Shown here: one piece after another, positions 55,425 to 64,000 of the stretch
How positions within the stretch are numbered: the stretch's first letter is position 1
Layout: each line of letters opens with the position of its first letter
Assembly: GCA_963793605.1 (NCBI GenBank)
Contig: CAWCAH010000003.1
Coordinates: forward strand, 95,534 to 159,533
DNA length: 64,000 nucleotides
Origin: an uncultured Thermoleophilia bacterium
Lineage (GTDB): Bacteria; Actinomycetota; Thermoleophilia; UBA2241
Direction of reading: 5' to 3'
Translations under genes and position numbers: made by a program
Notes under the pieces: model-generated
The model's input: only the letters and a program-made list of their open reading frames with translations
Told to the model about the DNA's origin: nothing
Database searches by the model: none

Positions 55425-57594
55425 GCACCGCGGAGAAGACACCGATGTCCGGGGATTCCGCCGCCCTCGACGTACAGATCTCGAGGTCACCTTCCACCGC
55501 CGCGGCCGCCGGCTCCCGGTGCTCAAGGGAGTCACGCTCGCCATCGAGCCGGGTCAGGCGTACGGACTCGTAGGCGAGTCCGGTTGTGGCAAGACCACGC
55601 TCGCGATGGCGGCGATGCGCTACCTCGCCTCCAACGGCACGCTCGACAACGGCCGCGTGCTCGTGGACGGTCAGGACGTGAGCGAGCTGAGCGAAGAGGC
55701 GCTCCGCAAGTGGCGCGGCGGCAAAGTGGCCATGGTCTACCAGGACCCGACCCAGGCGCTCAGTCCCGCGATGCGCATCGGCGCCCAGCTCGCCGAGGTC
55801 TACCACTACCACGAGGGGCTGGACAAGAAGGCAGCCCTGGAGAAGGCGCGCGAGGCCCTGCGCCGCGTCGCCATCCCGGACCCGGATGCGACGCTCAAGC
55901 GCTACCCGTTCGAGCTCTCCGGCGGCCAGCAGCAGCGTGTGGTCATCGCCATGGCGCTGGCCGTGAATCCGCAGCTGCTCATCCTCGACGAGCCCACCAC
56001 CGGCCTCGACGCGACGGTCGAGGCCGAGATCCTCGACCTCATCGAGGAGCTGCGCGGGCGCATCAACGCCTCCATCCTGCTCATCACACACAATCTCGGC
56101 CTGGTCGTGCGCCTCTGCGAGAAGGTCGGCGTGCTGTACGCGGGCCGGCTCGTCGAGGAGGGGCCGGCCAAGCAGGTCTTCACCGATCCTCGGCATCCGT
56201 ACACCATGGGCCTGTTGCGCTGCGTCCCGCGCTTCGGCATGAACAAGACGGATGCCGCCCTGCAGACCATCCCGGGCACGCTGCCGGCGCTGGGCGAACC
56301 GCTCGAAGGCTGCGTGTACTCGGCCCGATGCCCGATGGCGCAGCCGATCTGCAAGATGCGCGAGCCGGACTTCTACGCCTGGCCGGGCGACGCCCCCGAG
56401 CTGGGGCGCGCCGAGGCTGAGGCGTTGCCGCCCGACCCGGCGGCGTACTCGCCCCACCACGCCCAGCCCGTGGGAGTCAGCGACAGACACGTGCGCTGCT
56501 ACTTCTGCGCCGACACGCCGGCGATGCCCGACATGACCCCCGTGCTGGCGACCAGCCTGGAGGACCGCGGCGCCGACGACGGTGACGTCCTCGGCATCGA
56601 TCACGTGGTCCGCACGTTCAAGGACGGACGCAAGAAGCTCACGGCGGTCGCAGACGTGTCTCTCAGCCTGCGCAAGGGCGAGACGTTCGGGCTGGTCGGC
56701 GAGTCGGGCAGCGGCAAGACCACGCTCGCCAAGTGCATCACCGGGCTCATCCCGGCGGACTCGGGCACCATCACCTTCGAGGGTGGCGTGCTCAAGCCCA
56801 CGGCCGGCAGGCGCTCTCAGGACGCGCTACGGGCGATCCAGATGGTCTTCCAGAACCCGGACTCCACGCTCAACCCGGCCTGGAGCACGCGGGCGATCCT
56901 CACGCGCGCGGTCCGCAAGCTGGGCGGCGCCAAGACCGGCTCCGTCCGCGCGAAGGTCGACAAGCTCTCGGCAGACGTGCGCGTGGAGCCGCGCTTCCTC
57001 TTCCAGAGGCCCACTGAGCTCTCTGGCGGGCAGAAGCAGCGTGTCGCCATCGCGCGCGCCTTCGCCGGCGACCCGACGCTGGTCATCTGCGACGAGCCGG
57101 CATCGGCGCTCGACGTCTCCGTGCAGGCCAGCATCCTCAACCTGCTCGTCGAACTGCAGACCAAGGAGCAGGCGTCGTACGTCTTCATCAGCCACGACCT
57201 CGCGGTGGTGCGCTACATCTCCGACCGCATCGGGGTCATGTACCTCGCGGAGCTCATCGAAGTCGGTGCGGCTGCCGACGTGTTCAGCCCGCCGCACCAC
57301 CCCTACACGGAGGCGCTGTTCAGCTCCATCCCGCGCCTGGACTTCGAGGAGCAGAAGGACCGGATCCCGCTGCGCGGCAACATGCCCAGCCTCAGCGACC
57401 CGCCGTCAGGCTGTCGCTTCCACACACGCTGTCACCGGGTCCTGGGCGAGATCTGCGCCAACGAGATACCGCCGGATCAGGACGCCGGCGACGGGCACAC
57501 CTACAAGTGCCACATCCCGCCGGACGAGCTGCGCGCACTGCAGGCCAAGGGTCATGCGGCGGCCGAAGCTGCGCCGGCGGCCTCGTCCGACTGA
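55421..57594 (+). CDS. Fused double ATP-binding protein of the ABC transporter (DppD-DppF-like); one frame break near 55477
   Basis: ATGA overlap with the permease. MSTAEKTPMSGDSAALDVQ is followed, after one missing base, by DLEVTFHRRGRRLPVLKGVTL. Two Walker A motifs (GESGCGKTT, GESGSGKTT), two LSGGQ motifs and two oligopeptide C-terminal domains. Confidence 0.85.
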
Positions 57595-57730
57595 CACGCG
57601 GTCGGTCGGAGCGCGCCGCGGCTGTAGCGCTGGCGCTGGCGACCGGCACCGGTTATCGCCTTCTTCCATCGCGACAAGACCCATTGACCGCGATTCGACA
57701 GGCGTGATATCCCTTAACGGGCTTATCCGG

Positions 57731-57745
57731 GGTCCATTTATGACC
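57731..57745. promoter_or_regulatory. GGTCCATTTATGACC inverted repeat upstream of the enolase-superfamily gene (candidate FadR-type GntR site)
   Basis: GGTC-N7-GACC. The 13-mer GGTCCATTTATGA recurs at 61016-61028. Confidence 0.5.
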
Positions 57746-57851
57746 TAGGGGTGGCGACTCGTCTGGTGCCGGCGCCGCAAGAGGTCCCGATGCGGACGGC
57801 CACGAGCACCAGAAGAGCCCGACTTAGACCCGGCGTTGAGGAGGACGACTC

Positions 57852-58970
57852 TTGAACATCACCGACATCGCCATGACTCCTCTCTGGCTGCCGTTCAAGG
57901 AGCCGTACCACTGGGCTGGGCGGGTCGACCTCGGCGCGGCGGTCGTGCTCGTCGAGGTCTTCACCGACGAGGGCCTGGTCGGAGTCGGGGAGTCGACTGC
58001 GGGGATCCCCGCGGACAGCACGGTAGCCGCGCTGAAGAGCGTGGCCCCCCTGCTGATCGGCGAACCCGTGTTCGACATCGAGAGACTGGTGACCAAGGCG
58101 CGCTTCCTGGGGAGCTTCAACCACGCGCCTCGAGCGGCCAACCTTGCTCTTGCCGGGTTCGAGATGGCGCTCTGGGACGTGCTCGGTAAGGCCGCCGGCT
58201 GGCCCGTGTTCCGGCTGCTGGGGGGCGCGGTGCGCGATGACGTCGACTACTTCGGGTTCGTCCAGGGCGACACCACGGAGGAACTCGTGGAAGATGCCCG
58301 TGACTTGGCGGAGGCGGGGTACTCCGTGATCTACCTCAAGGTCGGCCGCGGCTCGGAGGCCGACCTGCGCAACACGGCGGCGGTGCGCGAGGCCATCGGC
58401 GATCGCCGCCTCCGCCTGGATGCCAACGGGGCATGGGGGGTGACCGAGGCGATCCACATGATCGGGCGCCTCGCGCCCTTCGGGCCCGAGTGGATCGAGC
58501 AGCCGACGCCGCCCACGAGCATCGCCGCGATGCGCCAGGTGAAGGACGGTGTGGCCGTCCCCATCGCCGCCGACCAGGCGGCGTTCACTCCCTCCGACGT
58601 CTACGAGATCTGCCGCCAGCGCGCCGCCGACGCCATCGTGCTCTCGACGCACGAGGCGGGCGGCCTGCACGCCTTCGCAAAAGCCGCGGCTATCGCTGAG
58701 GCCGCCGGCGTGCCGATCTGCCTGCACGGCCAGAACGTCTCGAGCATCACTGACGCGGCCCAGCACCACCTCGGCTTGAGCACCGCCAACCTCAGCGACG
58801 GGAACCAGATCATGCACCAACTCATCGCCGAGGACCTCGTGGTCTCTCCTGATCTGAGTCCCGCCGGTGGAAAAATAGGAATGCTTGAGTCTCCCGGCCT
58901 GGGCGTGGAACTGGACCGCGACGCCGTCGCCCGGGCCGCTGAAAGGCATGCGAAGGAGAAGGGACTATGA
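57852..58970 (+). CDS. Mandelate racemase / muconate lactonizing enzyme family protein (enolase superfamily)
   Basis: 372 aa. TTG start follows GAGGAGG. LVGVGES, FEMALWDVLGK, YLKVG, LRLDANGAW, WIEQP, PIAADQ barrel motifs. Confidence 0.85.
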   Translation: MNITDIAMTPLWLPFKEPYHWAGRVDLGAAVVLVEVFTDEGLVGVGESTAGIPADSTVAALKSVAPLLIGEPVFDIERLVTKARFLGSFNHAPRAANLALAGFEMALWDVLGKAAGWPVFRLLGGAVRDDVDYFGFVQGDTTEELVEDARDLAEAGYSVIYLKVGRGSEADLRNTAAVREAIGDRRLRLDANGAWGVTEAIHMIGRLAPFGPEWIEQPTPPTSIAAMRQVKDGVAVPIAADQAAFTPSDVYEICRQRAADAIVLSTHEAGGLHAFAKAAAIAEAAGVPICLHGQNVSSITDAAQHHLGLSTANLSDGNQIMHQLIAEDLVVSPDLSPAGGKIGMLESPGLGVELDRDAVARAAERHAKEKGL

Positions 58971-59974
58971 GCGTGCTCATCGCAGACCAGGACCTCGTCA
59001 CCGAACTCCTGCCCATGGAGGACGCCATCGGCGTGATGAGGCGCGCCTTGACCCTGCTCGCAGAGGGCGATGTGATGATGCCGCTGCGCTCGATGCTCCA
59101 CCTGCCGAAGGGCGGCGCCGTCATGGGCCTCATGCCGTCGTACCTCGGTGGCCTCGAAGCCGTCGGCGTCAAAGTCATAGCCGAGTTCCCGACCAACTTC
59201 GGCAGCGAGTACGACACCCACCAGGGAGTCGTACTGTTCTTCGATACAGAGAGGGGCTTGCTGCGTGCCATGGTGGATGCGACGGCCGTCACCGCCATCC
59301 GCACGGCGGCCGTGAGCGGCCTGGTCACCGATCTGCTCGCGAATCCCGACGCCGGGGATCTGGCGATCATCGGCGCAGGCACTCAGGCGCACACGCATCT
59401 GCAGGCGATGACGGCGGTGCGTCCCGTCCGCAGAGTGCGCGTGTATTCCGTGCCCGGCGAGAGCGCGGCGACGTTCGCGGACCGCGAGTCTCGGCGCACG
59501 GGACTCAAGATCGAAGTCGCCGCCAGCGCCGAGCAGGCAATCGAAGGCGCCGACCTCATCTGCACGGTCACGACCTCCCACGAACCCGTCGTGCATGGCG
59601 CCTGGGTCAGCCCGGGCGCTCACATCAACGCCGTCGGCGCCTACAACCCGGCGACGCGCGAGCTGGATTCGGCACTCGTGGCGAAGTCGCGCCTCTACGC
59701 CGACCGGCGCGAGTCGCTGCTCAACGAAGCCGGTGAGTTCCTCATCCCCAAGGGCGAGGGGCTCTTCGGCGACGAGCACATCGTCGGGGAGATCGGCGAG
59801 GTCCTCACCGGCAAGGCCCGCGCGCGCACGTCACCACAGGAGATCACGTTGTTCAAGTCGCTCGGGATCGCCATCGAGGACCTGGCGGCCGCCCACTACG
59901 TGTACGAGGCGGCCAAGGCCAGGGGCCTCGGCCAGTGGGTCGAGATCGGCGGCAGGCACTTCGGGGCGGGGTGA
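58967..59974 (+). CDS. Ornithine cyclodeaminase / mu-crystallin family protein (ketimine or pyrroline-2-carboxylate reductase-like)
   Basis: 335 aa. ATGA overlap with the upstream gene. ...TAIRTAAVSGLVTDLLA...LAIIGAGTQAHTHLQAM...INAVGAY... family motifs. Confidence 0.85.
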   Translation: MSVLIADQDLVTELLPMEDAIGVMRRALTLLAEGDVMMPLRSMLHLPKGGAVMGLMPSYLGGLEAVGVKVIAEFPTNFGSEYDTHQGVVLFFDTERGLLRAMVDATAVTAIRTAAVSGLVTDLLANPDAGDLAIIGAGTQAHTHLQAMTAVRPVRRVRVYSVPGESAATFADRESRRTGLKIEVAASAEQAIEGADLICTVTTSHEPVVHGAWVSPGAHINAVGAYNPATRELDSALVAKSRLYADRRESLLNEAGEFLIPKGEGLFGDEHIVGEIGEVLTGKARARTSPQEITLFKSLGIAIEDLAAAHYVYEAAKARGLGQWVEIGGRHFGAG

Positions 59975-59990
59975 GCGTCGCTCGGGGGCC

Positions 59991-60857
59991 TCAGACGTCC
60001 CCGTCAGCGACGCGTCGAGTGTCTCGCGCTGCCGGGGCAGCCCGATCCGCAGGGTCTGGTTCCATGATTGGCGAGGCGTTCTCGCGGCTTGCGTTCGCGT
60101 GGGCCACCACGCCGTCGAGCAGGTCCTCGAGGTCCTGCTCCGACCACTCGAGCGCCTCTCTCATGAGCAGGCCGGCCCGCTCTGGATCGCTGTCTGCGAT
60201 CGCCTCGGCGATGGGCCGGTGGAAGTAGGCGAAATCCCGGTCCTGGATCGGCAGGGAGTCCCACGGCAGGCGAGAGTAGATCGCGTCGTACCAGGCGAAG
60301 AAGGCCGTCCGGGTGCGCTGGACGGCGTCGAGCATGAGCCAGTTGCCCGACGCCGCGGCAACGGCGGCATGGAACCGCGAATCGATGCTGCGCCAGGAGC
60401 GGAAGCTCCAAGCCTGCTCGTCCGCGATGGCGGTGATCATCGCGACGTCCTCGGCGGTCGCCCGCCGGGCAGCCAAGGACGCCGCGGCGGGCTCGATGGC
60501 GAGACGGAACTCATAGCTTGCCCTGATCTCGCGATGGCTTGCCAGGATCTCCTCCGACATGCGCTTCGGCTGGACCGGCCTGTCCGAGACGACGGTTCCG
60601 CCGCTGCGTCCGAGTCGCGTCTCCACGAGCCCCTCATCGTTCAGGGTCCGCATCGCCTGACGGATCGAGTCGCGACCGACGCGCAGCGTCTCGGCCAGCT
60701 CCCTCTCCGAGGGAAGACGCTCCCCCGGCGAGAGGGCCCCCAGTGCGATAAGCCTGCGCAGCGAGTCCGCCACGAGCATCGACGACGAGCGAGGCCGCAG
60801 CGGTCCAAGGTCGAGTGCCGGATTCACGCCGGCGACGCTCTCCCCTTCACCTCTCAT
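59991..60857 (-). CDS. GntR family regulator, FadR subfamily (FCD domain)
   Basis: LPSERELAETLRVGRDSIRQAMRTLNDEGLVE HTH followed by an all-helical FCD-like domain. An alternative start is the internal ATG at 60779. Confidence 0.8.
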   Translation of the reverse strand: MRGEGESVAGVNPALDLGPLRPRSSSMLVADSLRRLIALGALSPGERLPSERELAETLRVGRDSIRQAMRTLNDEGLVETRLGRSGGTVVSDRPVQPKRMSEEILASHREIRASYEFRLAIEPAAASLAARRATAEDVAMITAIADEQAWSFRSWRSIDSRFHAAVAAASGNWLMLDAVQRTRTAFFAWYDAIYSRLPWDSLPIQDRDFAYFHRPIAEAIADSDPERAGLLMREALEWSEQDLEDLLDGVVAHANASRENASPIMEPDPADRAAPAARDTRRVADGDV

Positions 60858-61015
60858 CCACGCTCCTGACCTTCAAGCTGCCGGTGCATCCACCGGTGCA
60901 GCTTCGCACGTCTTCCTTCGCCAAGTAAACACCCGTGCCTCCGCGACAACGACCGCCGTGCAGCTTCTTGACGGTCCGCGTCGCCTGTGTGAGACTCCAG
61001 ATAGGACCCGGTAGA

Positions 61016-61028
61016 GGTCCATTTATGA
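61016..61028. promoter_or_regulatory. Second copy of GGTCCATTTATGA in the FadR-type GntR / MttB divergent spacer
   Basis: Exact 13-mer match to 57731-57743. Preceded by GGACC (61004-61008), which forms GGACC-N7-GGTCC. Lies 63 nt upstream of GTG 61091. Confidence 0.5.
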
Positions 61029-61090
61029 TGAGGGTGCGCGACGGTGACCCGTGAGCAGTCCTCGATGATCATGACAGGTGGAGGTAGACG

Positions 61091-62485
61091 GTGGGCAAGC
61101 CGGCCATCCGGGTGTGGGACACGGAGGAGTGCGAGCTCGTACACGAAGCGACCTTGCGTGTCCTCTCGGAGTGCGGGGTCGAAGTGATGTGGGGACCGGC
61201 GCTCCGACGCTTCGCGGAGGCGGGCGCGAAGATCGACGGCAACCGGGTCAGGCTGAGCGCGGAGCTCGTGAACGAGGCCCTTGCGTCCGCCCCTCGCACG
61301 TGGTCTGTGAGATCGAGGGGCCGTGACGAAGTGCTGGAGCTCAAGGACGGCCCCACGTACTTCGGCTCGGGATCCGACTGCCTGTACATCACCGACCCGG
61401 ACACGGGCCGACGGCGCAGAGCCGTCGTGGACGACATCGAGGCCCTGGCGAGCCTGTGCGAGAAGCTCGAGAACATCGACTTCGTCATGTCGATGGGATT
61501 CCCCGAGAACGTGCCGCCCGAGTCGGAGGTGCTTCACCAGCAGGTCGCCCTGCTCAAAGGCACGCGCAAGCCACTTCTCATCGTGCCCCGGGACGGTCAC
61601 ACCCTGGCTACGATGAAGGCGATGGCCGAGGCCTGCGGCGGCGGTGACAGCCTCATCGTCTACGGCATGCCGTCGCCGCCGCTGATGCACGACGAGTTCG
61701 CCCTCTCCAAGATCGAGACGTGCGCCGAACTGATGATCCCGCTCGTCTACGCGCCCGCGCCGACGGCGGGCTCCACCGCACCCGCCTCCATCGCCGCCGT
61801 CGTGGTCACCGGGAACGCGGAGGTGCTGAGCGGCCTCGTCCTGCATCAACTCGTGAACCCCGGAGCTCCGTTCGTCTACGGAGCCGGGTGCGACACGCTG
61901 GACATGCGGACGATGGTCAATCCCTACGTCTCGCCGGAATGGTCCATGGGCTGCCAGGCGGGCTGTGATCTGGCTCGCTTCTACTCGCTGCCGAGCTTCT
62001 CCTACGGCGGGTATTCCGATGCCAAGATGCTGGACGAACAGTGGTCGGCCGAGACCGCGATGACCGCCGTCATGGGCGCCCTCTCGCGGGGTACGCTCCT
62101 GCACGACGTCGGCTATCTCGAGATGGGGATGCAGACGTCCTTCGAGTCCATCGTGCTCGGCGATGAGCTCGCCGGCTTCGCCAAGGCGTGCCTGCGCGAT
62201 ATCGCCGTGGACGACGAGGCTCTCGCCGTCGACGAGATCATCGCGGTCGGGCCCGGCGGCAACCACCTGCCTCGTCGCTACACCCGCAAGCACTATCGTG
62301 AGTTCTGGACGCCCAGGCTGCTCGACAAGGCCCCGCACGATCGCTGGCAGAGCAACGGCGCGACATCGCTGAAGCAGCGCGTCCAGCAACGCGTCGCCGA
62401 GCTACGGGCGGAGCCGCCTCGCTTCGTCCTCGACGACCACGCCCTCGGGGATATTCAAAGCCTGCTGCGAAGCGCCGCTGTGTGA
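61091..62485 (+). CDS. MttB-superfamily methyltransferase, non-pyrrolysine paralog
   Basis: 464 aa. GTG start follows GGTGGAGG. Collinear with the MttB family. Tyr occupies the Pyl-equivalent position (SYGG-Y-SDAKMLDEQWS). Confidence 0.85.
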   Translation: MGKPAIRVWDTEECELVHEATLRVLSECGVEVMWGPALRRFAEAGAKIDGNRVRLSAELVNEALASAPRTWSVRSRGRDEVLELKDGPTYFGSGSDCLYITDPDTGRRRRAVVDDIEALASLCEKLENIDFVMSMGFPENVPPESEVLHQQVALLKGTRKPLLIVPRDGHTLATMKAMAEACGGGDSLIVYGMPSPPLMHDEFALSKIETCAELMIPLVYAPAPTAGSTAPASIAAVVVTGNAEVLSGLVLHQLVNPGAPFVYGAGCDTLDMRTMVNPYVSPEWSMGCQAGCDLARFYSLPSFSYGGYSDAKMLDEQWSAETAMTAVMGALSRGTLLHDVGYLEMGMQTSFESIVLGDELAGFAKACLRDIAVDDEALAVDEIIAVGPGGNHLPRRYTRKHYREFWTPRLLDKAPHDRWQSNGATSLKQRVQQRVAELRAEPPRFVLDDHALGDIQSLLRSAAV

Positions 62486-62518
62486 TCCGGCGTCCAGCAC
62501 GGGCACAGCCGCCGATTC

Positions 62519-62547
62519 TTGCACAACGTTGGATATGGGCCTATAGT
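62519..62547 (+). promoter_or_regulatory. Candidate promoter TTGCAC-N17-TATAGT upstream of the second SBP gene
   Basis: Hexamers at 62519-62524 and 62542-62547 in a low-GC spacer. Pattern match only. Confidence 0.35.
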
Positions 62548-62623
62548 GCGCCCAAATAGCGCCCACAGGGGAGGCTTGCCTTCGGCAGCCATGAGGCGCT
62601 GACCGTACGGGGGAGGTTGCTCC

Positions 62624-64000
62624 ATGCAAGACGATCGGCATGCCAAAGAGTACGCAGACCACTTGATCCAGCAGGTCCAGGGGGGGCGGATGACGCGTCG
62701 CCAGTTGCTCATCCGGGCGTCGGTGTTCGGCTTCTCGCTGACCGCAGCCGGGAGTCTTCTCGCGGCATGCGGCGGTGACTCCACGACGACCTCCGAAGGG
62801 TCGCCTTCCGCTTCGGCGGCGCCACAGAGGGGCGGGTCCATCAAGGTGACCGCCCTCACTCCGCTCAGCGCGCTCGACCCGGTCACCATGTACCAGACCG
62901 GCGACATCGCGACGGTGGAGCAGATCTGCGAGTACCTGATCTGGATCAACAACGATCTCACCCTGCGTCCGGTCCTTGCCGAGAGCTGGTCACCGGATCC
63001 CACCGGCGCGGTCTGGACGTTCAAGCTGCGCCAAGGCGTCAGCTTCAACGATGGGTCACCCCTGGCCGCCGAGGATGTGGTGGCCACGTTCGATCGCCTT
63101 GTCGACCCCGACAGCGGATCCGGCGCCCTGTCGGCTCTCAAGGGGATCCTCTCGCCGGGCGGCACGCAGAAGATCGATGACTACACGGTACAGTTCAACC
63201 TCGATGCCGCGTTCGCCGACTTCCCGTACCTGGTCTCGTCGGGCAACTACAACTCGGTCATCCTCCACCGCTCCTTCGCCGGTGACTTCCTCAAGAAGCC
63301 GATCGGCACCGGTCCGTTCATGCTGACCGACTTCAAGGCCAAGCAGAGCGCGACGCTCAAGCGCAACCCGAACTACTGGCAGAAGGGTCTGCCCTACCTC
63401 GATGAGGTCGGCTTCGTCTACATCGACGACGCACAGGCCCAGGCGGTGCAGCTCCAGTCGGGCGCCGTCGATGTTCAGGCCCAGACCGCCTTCCAGGGGT
63501 CCCAGGCGCTGTTCGCCAACCCCAACCTCAACGTGATCACGACGCACTCGACCGCCATCCGTGAAGTGGCTATGCGGGTGGACCAGGAGCCGTACAGCGA
63601 CAAGAACGTCCGCCAAGCTGTGGCGTACTGCCTCGACCGGCAGGCCATCATGGCGAGTCTCTACGATGGTAAGGGCACCCAGGGCAGCGACCAGATCTTC
63701 TCGCCGCTCTACCCGGCATCGCCGTCGTTCCCGGATCGGGCGCAGGACTACGAGAAGGCCAAGCAGCTCCTCAGCGACGCCGGCTACGCCGACGGCGTCA
63801 AGCTCACTCTCACCACCGCCTCCTCCTATCTCGATCTTGCGCAGTACGCTCAGATCATCGCGGAGCAGTGCAAGCCCGCGGGCATCGACATGAAGCTGAA
63901 CACCATGTCCGCCACCGAGTTCTACGGCGGTGACTCGAGCACCACACCTTGGCTCAACGCGAACATGACCATCGTGGAGTGGTCGCCGCGTCCGGTGGCG
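62624..64000 (+). CDS. ABC transporter substrate-binding lipoprotein, family 5 (paralog of 51702-53405); 3' end beyond the window
   Basis: Not in the ORF track (no stop inside the window). My translation from ATG 62624 (GGGGGAGG upstream) reads MQDDRHAKEYADHLIQQVQGGRMTRRQLLIRASVFGFSLTAAGSLLAACGG.... It stays open to 64000 and is roughly 55% identical by eye to the first SBP. Confidence 0.8.
   Translation, partial: MQDDRHAKEYADHLIQQVQGGRMTRRQLLIRASVFGFSLTAAGSLLAACGGDSTTTSEGSPSASAAPQRGGSIKVTALTPLSALDPVTMYQTGDIATVEQICEYLIWINNDLTLRPVLAESWSPDPTGAVWTFKLRQGVSFNDGSPLAAEDVVATFDRLVDPDSGSGALSALKGILSPGGTQKIDDYTVQFNLDAAFADFPYLVSSGNYNSVILHRSFAGDFLKKPIGTGPFMLTDFKAKQSATLKRNPNYWQKGLPYLDEVGFVYIDDAQAQAVQLQSGAVDVQAQTAFQGSQALFANPNLNVITTHSTAIREVAMRVDQEPYSDKNVRQAVAYCLDRQAIMASLYDGKGTQGSDQIFSPLYPASPSFPDRAQDYEKAKQLLSDAGYADGVKLTLTTASSYLDLAQYAQIIAEQCKPAGIDMKLNTMSATEFYGGDSSTTPWLNANMTIVEWSPRPVA

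Noticed and set aside
1-64000. tRNA-Pyl, pylS/B/C/D, other tRNAs, rRNA, CRISPR arrays, transposases/integrases, prophage genes
   Set aside because: I inspected all spacers longer than about 130 nt: 3338-3472, 5478-5782, 9455-9663, 25248-25469, 29078-29319, 37553-37733, 44062-44225, 48999-49151, 51316-51701, 57595-57851, 60858-61090 and 62486-62623. None shows a CUCUAAA-type anticodon loop, T-arm GGTTCGA-like boxes or direct-repeat arrays. No ORF product resembles Pyl biosynthesis or mobile-element proteins. A tRNAscan/Infernal run would be decisive.

Overview
GC-rich bacterial chromosomal segment (about 70% GC by eye, not computed). It is densely coding, with about 56 protein genes. I saw no rRNA, tRNA, CRISPR array, transposase or integrase. 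Left to right: a putA-type proline dehydrogenase (truncated by the window edge), an M20 peptidase, a cupin protein, a secreted PKD-tailed protein, a Phd/VapC toxin-antitoxin pair, an MFS transporter and a zinc-ribbon/beta-propeller membrane protein. Next comes a seven-gene heterodisulfide-reductase/Flx-like cluster (hdrC-hdrB-hdrA-mvhD plus three Fe-S/flavoprotein genes), followed by small housekeeping genes and a roughly 2 kb stretch holding two heavily frame-disrupted genes and an AAA+ ATPase. The rest of the window is dominated by corrinoid-dependent methyltransferase biology. One minus-strand operon encodes a dimethylamine methyltransferase (mtbB), a B12-binding corrinoid protein, a trimethylamine methyltransferase (mttB) and a non-Pyl MttB paralog. 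Both mtbB and mttB carry an in-frame TAG exactly where pyrrolysine sits in the archaeal enzymes. Four more non-Pyl MttB-superfamily paralogs follow. Each sits in its own module with its own regulator (Lrp/AsnC, TetR, GntR-HutC or GntR-FadR), dehydrogenases, EtfAB, an aldehyde:ferredoxin oxidoreductase, a peptide-type ABC transporter, and an enolase-superfamily plus ornithine-cyclodeaminase-family pair. I found three regulator/operator pairings as repeated palindromes in intergenic DNA. The sequence also carries about 25 frame disruptions in otherwise well-conserved genes. This looks mostly like indel error in the assembly, apart from a 20-fold enriched hot spot at 18.7-20.7 kb. No pylTSBCD genes, RamA-type activase or methylcorrinoid:THF/CoM methyltransferase are visible in the window.
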